Below the pieces are notes generated by a model. That model had not been told where the DNA came from and made no database searches. It was given only the letters and a program-made list of their open reading frames with translations. A stretch of 64,000 bases of DNA from an uncultured Planctomycetia bacterium (GTDB taxonomy: Bacteria > Omnitrophota > Gorgyraeia > Gorgyraeales > Gorgyraeaceae), in NCBI GenBank assembly GCA_964566255.1, contig CAZMID010000004.1:3441-67440 (forward strand), given 5' to 3'. Positions 21,276-30,971 of the stretch are shown piece by piece. Both the position numbers and the translations under genes were made by a program. Positions within the stretch are counted from its first letter, which is position 1; the number at the start of each line of letters is the position of its first letter.

Positions 21276-22774
21276 CGCAAAATTGAACCTTGATATTTTA
21301 CCCTAAATAATTTTCTGGTAAATATAAGTATGGCTTTAACAAAATAAATTAATTTCTCTTCAGGATATGGTCCAATTATATTAAACTTAATCATTACTTT
21401 TGTCCTAAGCCTAAACCACCATCCTACCCACCGTAAGGCTTTAGCTTGAATACAAATCCGCCTGACTATATCAACACTTTTTATTAACCATTTTGAATGA
21501 CCAGGCGTTATGAATGGTAAGCATGTCTTTTCATCCCATTCAAACCTTGCCCAGCTTCCAAGATCTTCTGGAGATTTAAACCCCATTTCAATGCATCTAT
21601 GATATAAGGGCGTTTCAGGATATGGCGTATATATAGATGGACCATAAAATCTTGCACGTGGATATTTATCATGTAATTCCAACATAACCCTATATGTCTC
21701 AAGCAGGTCTTCTTTAGTCTCTCCCGGAAAACCAGCCATAAAGTGATAATAAACTCCCATCTGCCATTTTTTCAGTTTTTCATTTACTTTAAAAACCTTG
21801 TCTAAGTTTATGTCTTTGTGTATTAAATTTAATATTCTCTGAGATCCGCTTTCCACCCCAAAAGTCAATACCTTGCAACCACTTTCTTTTAATAAAGCAA
21901 TGAATGAATCGTCATATCCAGCAAAATAATCTATTCTGCAGTCAGCATGCCAAGCAATCTTAATTTTTCTTTTTATAATCTCATTACAAATGTCGGCAAC
22001 TCTCTGTTTGTCTACAAAAAAATTATCAGCTACAAAATTAATCCCATCTAGTGAAAATTTTTTGACAAGACACTCGATTTGTTCTATCACTTTAGATGCA
22101 GTAAAACATCTCCATTTATGTCCATTTATATTGATATTATAACAAAAGCCACATCTATGAGGACATCCTCTATCCGTATGTAGTTCAAATGTACGCCTAC
22201 AACCAGGAAAGTAGGCCCGTTCTATTTTGATATATTTTTCACAATCTAATAAATGATAAGGCAGCGAATTAAAATTATTTAGATCAATAAATTGAGCCAT
22301 TGGATTTGAGCAAATCTTACCATTTTCTTTCCACCAAACATTTGGTATATTCTTAAGGCTGTTGCCATATTTCATGGTGGTTACTATTTTTAAAAAAGCT
22401 TCCTCTCCCTCACCTTTGACCACAACATCAACTAGGTCATTTTTGATTGTTTGTTCTGGCAACATACTTGCATGCAAACCTCCCCAAATAACCGGTATAT
22501 TAAATCTATCCTTAACAATTTTAGAAAATTTTAATCCTCTTGAAATTTGTCTTCCGGTCATCGAAGAAACCCCTACGCAAACAGTCGACTCATCCAGCTC
22601 TTTATCTAAATCCTCAAGCCAATAAAGATTTGTTTCTGCGTCTACGATCTTTACCTTATAATTATTTTTAGTCAAAGGAGCAGCTATAGATAATAAACCC
22701 AAAGGAGGTCTATAATCCAACGTTATAGTCTCCCCTTTGGACATCTTAGGCCGAAATAAAATTACATCTGCCAT
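21272..22774 (-). CDS. Cobalamin(B12)-binding-domain radical SAM enzyme (class B), copy A
   Basis: 500 aa; N-terminal B12-binding-like domain (ILFRP...PPLGLLSIAAPL...KVKIVD), radical SAM core HTDRGCPHRCGFC. Confidence 0.8.
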   Translation of the reverse strand: MADVILFRPKMSKGETITLDYRPPLGLLSIAAPLTKNNYKVKIVDAETNLYWLEDLDKELDESTVCVGVSSMTGRQISRGLKFSKIVKDRFNIPVIWGGLHASMLPEQTIKNDLVDVVVKGEGEEAFLKIVTTMKYGNSLKNIPNVWWKENGKICSNPMAQFIDLNNFNSLPYHLLDCEKYIKIERAYFPGCRRTFELHTDRGCPHRCGFCYNININGHKWRCFTASKVIEQIECLVKKFSLDGINFVADNFFVDKQRVADICNEIIKRKIKIAWHADCRIDYFAGYDDSFIALLKESGCKVLTFGVESGSQRILNLIHKDINLDKVFKVNEKLKKWQMGVYYHFMAGFPGETKEDLLETYRVMLELHDKYPRARFYGPSIYTPYPETPLYHRCIEMGFKSPEDLGSWARFEWDEKTCLPFITPGHSKWLIKSVDIVRRICIQAKALRWVGWWFRLRTKVMIKFNIIGPYPEEKLIYFVKAILIFTRKLFRVKYQGSILR

Positions 22775-23631
22775 TACTTTTTATACCCCCACGCAACCCA
22801 ACCAGCTCTATCTTTTATTCTTGTAACATTAATATCCCGAAATCCACACTTAGCAAAAATATCATAAAGTTCTCGTTTGCTAAATCTATGTTCTATCGGC
22901 GCATTGAAGCGATCATAGAGATCTCCTCGCAATGAAAAAAGACTAGTTCCGAAATTAAAAGGTATTCTATCAGCAAGACATCGCGTAACCTTAAAACATC
23001 TCAATATCTTTGATGGTAATGAAAATAAGATAAAAACAAAAGGGGAAAAGATCCAGGACAATACATAAAATTTTGCCGGAGGTATCTTAACTGTAATATT
23101 CCTTATTTTGGTTATTATCTTCACAGCTATATATTTCATAATATTCTCGGAATGATCCTCGTAAAGATATAAAAAAACAGGGCTTGCTTTTCTCAGAACT
23201 CTAGCTATCTCTAAAAGTCCCTTTATGGGGCTAGCAACATGATGTAATACGCCAAAGGAGTACGCAAAATCAAAAATGTCACCTTTTGTGGGTATATCTA
23301 AAGCAGAACACCTTATCACATTGACATTACCCAACTTAGAAGTTAACTCTCTGGTTTTGTATACACCGTCACTTATATCTATGCTTACTATATTAACAGA
23401 AGGATTGTTCTTCGCCATGATATAAGTATCATATCCACATCCTGAGCCCACTTCTATACCCCTTCTGCCTCTAACCAATGATTCGGTAACTACTTCCTGC
23501 ACACTATTAAAATGCCATCTTTCAGGAGGCGATGTATCCTTATCTTTTTTCCACATAAATCCATACATCTTTTCTGTCTTTTTTGCACTATCCATAATCC
23601 CTCTATCAATCCTTTTTTCAATTGATATCAT
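22774..23631 (-). CDS. Class I SAM-dependent methyltransferase
   Basis: 285 aa; motif I IEVGSGCGYDT, motif post-I VSIDIS, Methyltransf_11/23-like. Confidence 0.75.
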   Translation of the reverse strand: MISIEKRIDRGIMDSAKKTEKMYGFMWKKDKDTSPPERWHFNSVQEVVTESLVRGRRGIEVGSGCGYDTYIMAKNNPSVNIVSIDISDGVYKTRELTSKLGNVNVIRCSALDIPTKGDIFDFAYSFGVLHHVASPIKGLLEIARVLRKASPVFLYLYEDHSENIMKYIAVKIITKIRNITVKIPPAKFYVLSWIFSPFVFILFSLPSKILRCFKVTRCLADRIPFNFGTSLFSLRGDLYDRFNAPIEHRFSKRELYDIFAKCGFRDINVTRIKDRAGWVAWGYKK

Positions 23632-25178
23632 AAAGCATATTTTAATCTCGGCATTAGCTTAACAGCTATACCCTTCATTAGCCTAGCATCTAACATCTGT
23701 ACCCAATGGCGATTATCCGGAGGTAAAGAATTTATATAATCATTTACTTCACCAACTCTTAATTTAAAAAGAATATCCTTTTCAGAATCATATATACTGA
23801 TGTAACTTGTTACCTTGTCTTTTATGTTATATTTTGTATCTATTAAATAGCCATTTATATATTTATGTCTTTTATTCAAAGATTTTGCCGAAATATCTTT
23901 ATTTACTACTAGCTTGAATATGCGATCTACTACCCAGTCTTCAGATAAAAACTCTATATGGCTGATCGGACCGTATTTGCTATATTGACTGCCTGATACA
24001 TAAATAATCTTATCTTCTCGGTATCTATTAAGGTCTTGATTGTCCTTTATATTAGCTATAACCATTTGCTGGTGGAGATTCCAATTTTTCCAATGGTCTG
24101 AGATGCCTAAAATTGTAAAGATCACTAGAGTGAAAACCAATGTCTTTATCTTTTTTGATACAGGTATCAAGACAATAAGATATGACAATAATAATGATCC
24201 ATAAATAGTAACCCTATTACCAAGATTAAAAGCAAGCTGAGGGTAGCGGCCGGTAACAGCAAACATCAAAAAAGAAGAAAACAACAAAACTAACAGGCTT
24301 ATAATAAGCTTTGAATTATATTCTTTATTGTCTTCTTGGGCTATTCTATAAAAAATTATTACAGATAAAACTCCTATTACAAATGACAGTATTGATAATT
24401 GAGAAAAAGAAAAATATATCTTTAGCCACATTGAAGGACCAAACATCGAATCCACAAAGGTCAGGGCCTGTAATGCAAATTGTTTAATTGCAGCGAGGAC
24501 AGTTAATTTTTCAATTATTCGAGGAGCCCCTAAATGAAATATCATATTGATAGAGATAAAATATAATGCATAGATAATATTGGGAATAATTATAACAGCT
24601 CCTTTTTTAAACTCTTTATCTAATGCAAACAAAATAAAGAGCGATAAGGCAATTGGAGTAGAGCCATAAGACATAAATGACGCGACCAATGCTAATAAAA
24701 AAGCTCGTATCAGCTTATTACTATATGCTAAATAAAAAGAAAATAAATATAAACAAAATGATGTGGCAATATATTGCGACATAAAGTTATATACAGTACC
24801 GTCGTGCGAAGGAAAAAAAATAAAGAGAAAAGACATCCAAAACGCAGTATATTTATCCAGAAAAATCCTAAAGAACGGCAATATCAAACAAAAACCTAAG
24901 ATAATAGAAAATATTTTTACTATATTAACAGCTATTTGATTATCTAGTCGAAACCAATAGTACCATATATAATGCGCTAGATGTTGCATCGGCGTCGTAA
25001 TAAAATAACCATCTGGAATCAATACATCCTTTAGGCCCCTACCTTTGAGTCTCAGCATTGCATCAAAATCATCGGAGATAATGCCTGTATTGATCAAAAG
25101 ATAAGCAATTAAAATAAGATATAAAAAAAATATCAAATTTTTAGTCTTAAAAACTCTTCTCATAAATCTTTCTAACAA
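23628..25178 (-). CDS. Polytopic membrane protein, possible GT-C-fold glycosyltransferase (ArnT/PMT-like) or glycan polymerase
   Basis: 516 aa; about 11-13 hydrophobic helices, ISDDFD acidic motif just after TM1 (GT-C-like), ~150-aa soluble C-terminal domain. Function inferred only from architecture and context. Confidence 0.4.
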   Translation of the reverse strand: MLERFMRRVFKTKNLIFFLYLILIAYLLINTGIISDDFDAMLRLKGRGLKDVLIPDGYFITTPMQHLAHYIWYYWFRLDNQIAVNIVKIFSIILGFCLILPFFRIFLDKYTAFWMSFLFIFFPSHDGTVYNFMSQYIATSFCLYLFSFYLAYSNKLIRAFLLALVASFMSYGSTPIALSLFILFALDKEFKKGAVIIIPNIIYALYFISINMIFHLGAPRIIEKLTVLAAIKQFALQALTFVDSMFGPSMWLKIYFSFSQLSILSFVIGVLSVIIFYRIAQEDNKEYNSKLIISLLVLLFSSFLMFAVTGRYPQLAFNLGNRVTIYGSLLLSYLIVLIPVSKKIKTLVFTLVIFTILGISDHWKNWNLHQQMVIANIKDNQDLNRYREDKIIYVSGSQYSKYGPISHIEFLSEDWVVDRIFKLVVNKDISAKSLNKRHKYINGYLIDTKYNIKDKVTSYISIYDSEKDILFKLRVGEVNDYINSLPPDNRHWVQMLDARLMKGIAVKLMPRLKYAL

Positions 25179-25187
25179 TAATTCTAT

Positions 25188-26348
25188 TTAACCGCATTCA
25201 AAATACTTATCATAAGTAACACGTGGTAAAATATTAAGCCATGATAACATTCTTATTACAGGTTTCATGGATTTAATATAATTATAACTTGTAGGATAAT
25301 CTCGAAAGGTTTTTATTGGCTCTGTCATATACCTATCAAACTCTTCACGGCTAAGCCCTAGACGATTAATACAAAGCTCTATAACCTTAGGGTCCTCAAT
25401 AACATAAACTTCTTTAACCCTGTTTAAGGCTTCGTCTCTTGGCATCTGATGCGACCTGATTAATGCAGAATAATTAAATCTGCGTCTATCTATATTGAAT
25501 TTAACTCTATAAACATAAGTCATCAAGCTCTGGTATAAGTCATCGTAATAATGGGCGCCAGTATATACCCAATCAAGTTCTCTTTTGATAATTTCTTCAG
25601 CATCCTTTCTAATATAATTAACATAATAAAGTATGGGGATGGTTTTTATCTGCTTCAATACTGAATAGTAAAACATATGGAAAATATCCAAATTAAACCC
25701 TGGATCTTCAGGTCTCCACTTTTTGAGTCTAATGGTTCCAAATCTTTTATGTACATTTCTTAAGTAAACTCCGTCTAAATAGTTCCACTCCAATGGACTT
25801 ATTCCTTCTGTCCTAAATGACTGTCCGATAAGAACGTATTTTATATTCTCTTTTACGGCAACACCGTACAATGCTGTCGCAATACCAATATCTGCACCTT
25901 CTTCGAGATCTGGCGTAGAGGCCTTTAAAAAAGCAATCCTTATGTCTTTTGACTCACGCCAGTCTGATGTAACAATCCGTAAGTCTATATTTAGTTTTTT
26001 AGTTGCTTTTTTCATATTCTCGACTGCTATTGGATTCCCAAAGCCATCATTAAAGTGAACTGCCAGTAGTCTTAAGCCCAACTGTTTTAATAAATAAAGT
26101 GTATATGTACTATCTCTTCCTCCACTAATACCCAATATGCAGTCATATTTATCGTCTTTACCTTTTCTTCTGATATTCTCAATAATTTTTTTAAACCTTT
26201 TTTCTCCCTCTTTATTTAAAGTATATTCTTTGTCCAGTTTATCGTGTAGTTTACAATAATTACATTCTCCTTTATCATCAAATTTAACTGCCGGTACCGT
26301 TGTGTCGATTATACATCTTGAACAGAATACCCTTTCCTTATTATGCAT
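25188..26348 (-). CDS. N-acetyl sugar amidotransferase (WbuX/PseA/LfnA family, PP-loop ATPase)
   Basis: 386 aa; N-terminal zinc ribbon CSRC...CNYC, PP-loop LGISGGRDSTY. Family makes acetamidino sugars. Confidence 0.8.
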   Translation of the reverse strand: MHNKERVFCSRCIIDTTVPAVKFDDKGECNYCKLHDKLDKEYTLNKEGEKRFKKIIENIRRKGKDDKYDCILGISGGRDSTYTLYLLKQLGLRLLAVHFNDGFGNPIAVENMKKATKKLNIDLRIVTSDWRESKDIRIAFLKASTPDLEEGADIGIATALYGVAVKENIKYVLIGQSFRTEGISPLEWNYLDGVYLRNVHKRFGTIRLKKWRPEDPGFNLDIFHMFYYSVLKQIKTIPILYYVNYIRKDAEEIIKRELDWVYTGAHYYDDLYQSLMTYVYRVKFNIDRRRFNYSALIRSHQMPRDEALNRVKEVYVIEDPKVIELCINRLGLSREEFDRYMTEPIKTFRDYPTSYNYIKSMKPVIRMLSWLNILPRVTYDKYFECG

Positions 26349-27270
26349 CTGACCTTTTTTCTATAAAAAATAACGGACGTTTGCGCGACTCATTGAGATT
26401 CCGCCATAGATATTCGCCTATTACACCTAACATTAGCATATGTATACCGCTAATAAGTAAAATTGCCAACATTATTAATGACCAGCTCTCTGGTGGACTA
26501 CCCATAATAGCCTTTACCATCATAGATATTGCATACAAAAGGCTAATTAATATAACAAACACTCCTATAATAGACATCAAACTCAAAGGTAAACCAGAAA
26601 ATCCCATTAGCCAATCCTTTGCAAGGCGTAGTTGAAAGTTAAAATTCCATTTGGATCTTCCTGATTTACGAATGCGACGTTCGTACTCTACGGAATCTTG
26701 TTTAAAACCTAGCCATATTATAAGACCAAAAAGAGAGGTATTTCGCTCTAGACAGTTATTAACTGCATTTGTAACCATACGGTCTAATAGGCAAAAATCA
26801 GCTCTAGATATATCAATATCAGTCTCTCCTGCCCCCCCAAGCCATGCCAAAAGTTTATAAAAAACTTGAGCTGGTTTTCGAATATGCCACGGTTCTTTGC
26901 CCCTCGTCTTTCTAAGGGCCCAAACAACATTAACTCCACTGCTATACTTCTTTAGCATATCTTTAAGACAGCTAGGATCTTCTTGTCCATCAGCTGAAAT
27001 ACATAATACTGCTTCGCCAGTGGCTTCTTTTATTCCAGCGCGCAATGCAGTATGACTGCCACATCGCCTACTCAACCTCAAACACGATATCCTTAAATCA
27101 TTTATCTTGCTAATAATATCGAATGTATTATCCGAAGAATGATCATCTACTACTATAATCTGAAACTCCTCAATATCTGAAATAGATCCAAAAACTGATA
27201 TTAATTCTTCGATAGTGCCTTTGATGTTTTTCTCTTCGTTACAAGCGGGGATTACAACAGATAGTTTCAT
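26341..27270 (-). CDS. GT2 polyprenyl-phosphate glycosyltransferase (ArnC/GtrB/DPM1-like) with C-terminal TM anchor
   Basis: 309 aa; LSVVIPACNEEKNI, VVDDHSSDNT, SADGQEDP (DxD/ED region), two C-terminal TM helices. Confidence 0.8.
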   Translation of the reverse strand: MKLSVVIPACNEEKNIKGTIEELISVFGSISDIEEFQIIVVDDHSSDNTFDIISKINDLRISCLRLSRRCGSHTALRAGIKEATGEAVLCISADGQEDPSCLKDMLKKYSSGVNVVWALRKTRGKEPWHIRKPAQVFYKLLAWLGGAGETDIDISRADFCLLDRMVTNAVNNCLERNTSLFGLIIWLGFKQDSVEYERRIRKSGRSKWNFNFQLRLAKDWLMGFSGLPLSLMSIIGVFVILISLLYAISMMVKAIMGSPPESWSLIMLAILLISGIHMLMLGVIGEYLWRNLNESRKRPLFFIEKRSDA

Positions 27271-27285
27271 AATAACCTTCCTTAG

Positions 27286-28218
27286 TTACTTGCCTAGGGT
27301 AGTTGCTATTGAAGAAAAAACTTCCCTTGCTTCGACAGGATCCTCTGTAGTAGATGCAATTCTATTTAAGATGATTTGACCTGTACCACATAACACCAAA
27401 ATGCCATTATCCAGAACAGATACCACCCTACCCGGGGTGTTCCCTTCATATCTTAACTGGTTACGAGGCAAAGAAGCTCTCTCGATTATAAACTTTTCAC
27501 CATTGTACTTAGTCCATGCACACGGATATGGAGGTGAAAGCGCTCTTATCAAATTAAAAATATTTGCTGCAGATTTAGTCCAATTAATTTCGCCATCTTC
27601 TGGAACCCTTTTGCAGGTATAAGTCGCCTGCGTTTCATCCTGATCACGCCATTCTAATGTGCCTTTCTCTAAAGTGCAGAGAAAATCTTTATATAGTTCC
27701 ACAGTGGCCTTGTTAATACGCGGATAAACATCGGTAGCTACCTCCTCGTCTCCTATCTCAACAGTCTTCTGCTTGAATATTTTTCCTGAATCAACAGCGC
27801 CATCATCAATCTTAAAAAGAGTTACGCCTGTTTGTTTTTCGCCGTTGATGATTGCCCAATTTAATGGGGCAAAACCACGATATCTCGGTAGAAGCGAATC
27901 GTGGGCAGCTATACACCCTATAGGAATATTTTTATAAATAAATGACGGGATCAATGTCCTCCATCCACAAACAAAAGCAACATCAGGTTTAAATTCTAGT
28001 ATCTTAGAAAGGTTTCCAGAATCAAGCCGCTTACAAACTGTGACTGGAATATTATGTTGACTGCAAAGTTCTTTCAGATCTCCTGAAACCTTAATAATCT
28101 CATGTTTATCCTCTTCCAATATATACGCATAAACAATATTCTTACCTAAGGCTATCAACATTTCCATTAAGTTAAGTCCTCGCCTTGTCCCTCCTATAAA
28201 TAAAATCCTCTGGCTCAT
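27286..28218 (-). CDS. Sugar N-formyltransferase (formyl_trans_N family; ArnA-FT/Fmt-like)
   Basis: 310 aa; HDSLLPRYRGFAPLNWAIINGEKQTGVTLFKIDDGAVDSG (HxSLLPxxRG and D catalytic triad). Confidence 0.8.
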   Translation of the reverse strand: MSQRILFIGGTRRGLNLMEMLIALGKNIVYAYILEEDKHEIIKVSGDLKELCSQHNIPVTVCKRLDSGNLSKILEFKPDVAFVCGWRTLIPSFIYKNIPIGCIAAHDSLLPRYRGFAPLNWAIINGEKQTGVTLFKIDDGAVDSGKIFKQKTVEIGDEEVATDVYPRINKATVELYKDFLCTLEKGTLEWRDQDETQATYTCKRVPEDGEINWTKSAANIFNLIRALSPPYPCAWTKYNGEKFIIERASLPRNQLRYEGNTPGRVVSVLDNGILVLCGTGQIILNRIASTTEDPVEAREVFSSIATTLGK

Positions 28219-29474
28219 CAGGCTATCTCCTTTATGCGATTTATTATATATACTATCTCTTTCTTGGTGATCCCATTAAAAATAGGAAGAAGAATAACTG
28301 AATTCAATGCTAATTCAGAGCTTTCTAATGAAATATTTGATGTATAGGCCTTTTCCTGGTGAGCATTGATGATTCCACGTCGAGTCGAAATACCATTATC
28401 AAGCAGACGTTGCATGATTTCATTGCGGCTTAATGGGGCATTATCTAATATTCTTACCGGATAGCTTTGCCAATTAGACTTACAATAAATATCTTCCTGG
28501 GGCAATTTCAACCACGGTACATCTTTAAGCTTCTTACGATAAATATCGGCTATTTTCTTACGCTCTGATATCATGCGGGAGACCTTCTTTAACTGTACAA
28601 TGCCTATCGCAGCATGTATATCCGACATTCGATAGTTATAACCAGTAGTCACATATTCCTCAAAAATAACTTTCTTTGAGTTATGTCTTACTGTATCTAA
28701 TATGCTCATACCATGATGCCTGAGTAATTTAATCTTAGAATTATAATCAGAATTATTGGTAGTAATCATTCCTCCTTCACCAGTGGTAATTATTTTTCTG
28801 GGATGAAAACTAAAACAAGCAATATCTCCATGGGGCTTACCAAGCTTATCCCAAGTCTTTCCTTTATCCATAGAAATCTCGCTTCCAACAGCACATGCAG
28901 CATCTTCAACAACAGGAAGATTAAATTTGCGGGCAAGGGGTAAGATTTTATTCAAATCACAAGGCATCCCCATTTGATGAACAGGCATAATAGCTGCTAC
29001 ACGGCCCAAATTAAGAGAATGACTAGAATTTTTAATATTGGAAAAATATCGTAATGGGGACTCTTTCGTTATAACCTCTGAAATTTTTTTATAATATAAG
29101 CAACCATCTCGAACTTCACATTCTCCATTAAGAAAACTTTCTAGGCATTGGGCAGACATATTGAAAGTATTTAAATCAATATCAACAAAAACTGGCTCTG
29201 CCCCGCAATGCCGTACACTGTTAGCTGTTGCAATAAAAGAATGACTTGGGGTTATAACTACATTGCCTGGCTTAACTCCTATTACAATAAGAGCTAGATG
29301 TAAAGCAGCCGTACAGTTTGAAACACAACAAGCATAGCGAGAAGAGACATAAGATGCAAAGGCTTCTTCGAATTGCCGTACTTTTGGACCTTGCGTTATC
29401 CAGCCAGAACAAAGAGATTTGCTTACAGCAGCTATATCTTTTTTGTCAATAAATGGCTTTGAAATAGGTATCAT
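28218..29474 (-). CDS. DegT/DnrJ/EryC1-family PLP-dependent sugar aminotransferase (ArnB/WbpE-like); start re-called at internal ATG
   Basis: Signature EFEEAFASYVSSRYACCVSNCTAALHLAL, FSFHPRKIIT (Lys). The Met at 29474 (MIPISKPF) gives the usual 4-nt ATGA overlap with the upstream SDR gene. Confidence 0.8.
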   Translation of the reverse strand: MIPISKPFIDKKDIAAVSKSLCSGWITQGPKVRQFEEAFASYVSSRYACCVSNCTAALHLALIVIGVKPGNVVITPSHSFIATANSVRHCGAEPVFVDIDLNTFNMSAQCLESFLNGECEVRDGCLYYKKISEVITKESPLRYFSNIKNSSHSLNLGRVAAIMPVHQMGMPCDLNKILPLARKFNLPVVEDAACAVGSEISMDKGKTWDKLGKPHGDIACFSFHPRKIITTGEGGMITTNNSDYNSKIKLLRHHGMSILDTVRHNSKKVIFEEYVTTGYNYRMSDIHAAIGIVQLKKVSRMISERKKIADIYRKKLKDVPWLKLPQEDIYCKSNWQSYPVRILDNAPLSRNEIMQRLLDNGISTRRGIINAHQEKAYTSNISLESSELALNSVILLPIFNGITKKEIVYIINRIKEIA

Positions 29475-30460
29475 CTGGTTTGACTTCCAACTTTTTCTTG
29501 TGTCTTTAACCATTCGATTAATCTTACGAGCCCTTCCTTTAAATGAAACTTTGGCTTAAATCCCATAATTTTATATGCCTTAGAAATATCTGCCCAACGT
29601 CTTAGTATTTCTACTTTTTTAATATTTTCGGAAATAGGTACATACTTGGGTTTTAGATTTACTTCCATTGCTTCTATCAATAAACGACATAATTCTTCTA
29701 GAGATGTTTCGATGCCGCTGGCTATATTAAAAACCTCATCACTAATTTCTGTTCTGAGTGCTAAAATAGTAGCCCGAGCAACATCTTCGATGTAAACAAA
29801 ATCCATGGTTTGTTTTCCATCACCATAAATTAAAGGCTCTCTGCCATCTTTTATTAAATCATACCATCGTATCATTACCTCAGTATATCTACCATGTATA
29901 TCCATGCGAGGCCCATATATATTAAAATATCTCAAGGCTACATAGTTCAAGCCATACATGTGATAAAAAGAACGTAACATTAACTCATTTGCCATCTTAG
30001 CCGAACCATATAACGTAATACTATTATAAGGATGATGATCTTCCTTTGTTGGAAATGCATCAGCCAAACCATATACTGAAGCAGAAGAAGCCGCAACGAC
30101 TTTCTTTATGTTATATTTTACGCACGCCTCTAATACATTAAATGTCCCTTCAAGCATCACCTGAATTGCCTCTCTGGGTTCAGCAACACAATGAGTTATA
30201 CGTAGTGCGGCCATATGAAAGCAATAATCTATACCTTGAAAAAGTTCATGTAATAAAACACGATCCCTTATATCTCCTTCCCTAAACCTTATCTTCTCTG
30301 ATGACAATATATTCTTAATATTGTTTTTTGACCCACGGCTAAGATTGTCTAAAATTATAATCTCTTTAACGCCTTGGTTTAAAAGTTGATCTGCAATAAA
30401 AGATCCTACAAATCCTGCCCCGCCTGTAATTAATACTCTGCTATCTTTAAGTTCATTCAT
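29471..30460 (-). CDS. NAD-dependent UDP-sugar epimerase/dehydratase (SDR; WbpP/ArnA-C-like)
   Basis: 329 aa; VLITGGAGFVGSFIA, SSASVYG, YGSAK (YxxxK). Confidence 0.8.
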   Translation of the reverse strand: MNELKDSRVLITGGAGFVGSFIADQLLNQGVKEIIILDNLSRGSKNNIKNILSSEKIRFREGDIRDRVLLHELFQGIDYCFHMAALRITHCVAEPREAIQVMLEGTFNVLEACVKYNIKKVVAASSASVYGLADAFPTKEDHHPYNSITLYGSAKMANELMLRSFYHMYGLNYVALRYFNIYGPRMDIHGRYTEVMIRWYDLIKDGREPLIYGDGKQTMDFVYIEDVARATILALRTEISDEVFNIASGIETSLEELCRLLIEAMEVNLKPKYVPISENIKKVEILRRWADISKAYKIMGFKPKFHLKEGLVRLIEWLKTQEKVGSQTR

Positions 30461-30461
30461 C

Positions 30462-30971
30462 TTATTGTGAACCGATAAAATCGGTATCCCCTTCTACTTT
30501 TCTCATAAATCTTGCTGGATTGCCTACCCAAAGTTCTCCAGAAGGAATATCTTTCGTAACAACACTTCCTGCACCAATAATCGCCCCATCTCCAATAACC
30601 ACATTACCTAAGATAGTTACATTACTACCAACTGATACATTATTCCCAATGTCTATCCTGACTAATCTACCTGCCCAATCTGCATCGTTTTCAATACTAC
30701 CATCTCTATTTGTTGCCCTTGGATAATTATCGTTTATAAACATTACGCCGTGTCCTACAAAACAATTATCCCCTATCTTTACCCCTTCGCATATAAATGT
30801 ATGGCTTGAAACCTTACAATTCTTGCCAACTGTCGCATTTTTCTGTATCTCTACTAAAGCGCCTATCTTCGTATTATCACCGATCGAACAACCGTAAAGA
30901 TTAATGAAGTTTGAAAGCTTTACATTCTTTCCTAATTTAACATCTTTAGATATAGACATATATTTATTCAT
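30462..30971 (-). CDS. Left-handed beta-helix (hexapeptide) sugar N-acetyltransferase (WbpD/WlbB-like)
   Basis: 169 aa of hexapeptide repeats (IGDN..., VGHGVMF, IGNNVSVGSNVTILGNVVIGDGAIIGAGSVV). Confidence 0.75.
   Translation of the reverse strand: MNKYMSISKDVKLGKNVKLSNFINLYGCSIGDNTKIGALVEIQKNATVGKNCKVSSHTFICEGVKIGDNCFVGHGVMFINDNYPRATNRDGSIENDADWAGRLVRIDIGNNVSVGSNVTILGNVVIGDGAIIGAGSVVTKDIPSGELWVGNPARFMRKVEGDTDFIGSQ

Noticed and set aside
21508-21702. 64-aa minus-strand ORF inside rSAM A, and 62-aa ORF 33925-34113 inside the GT4 gene
   Set aside because: Out-of-frame overlaps within long genes with strong motif support; no independent evidence.
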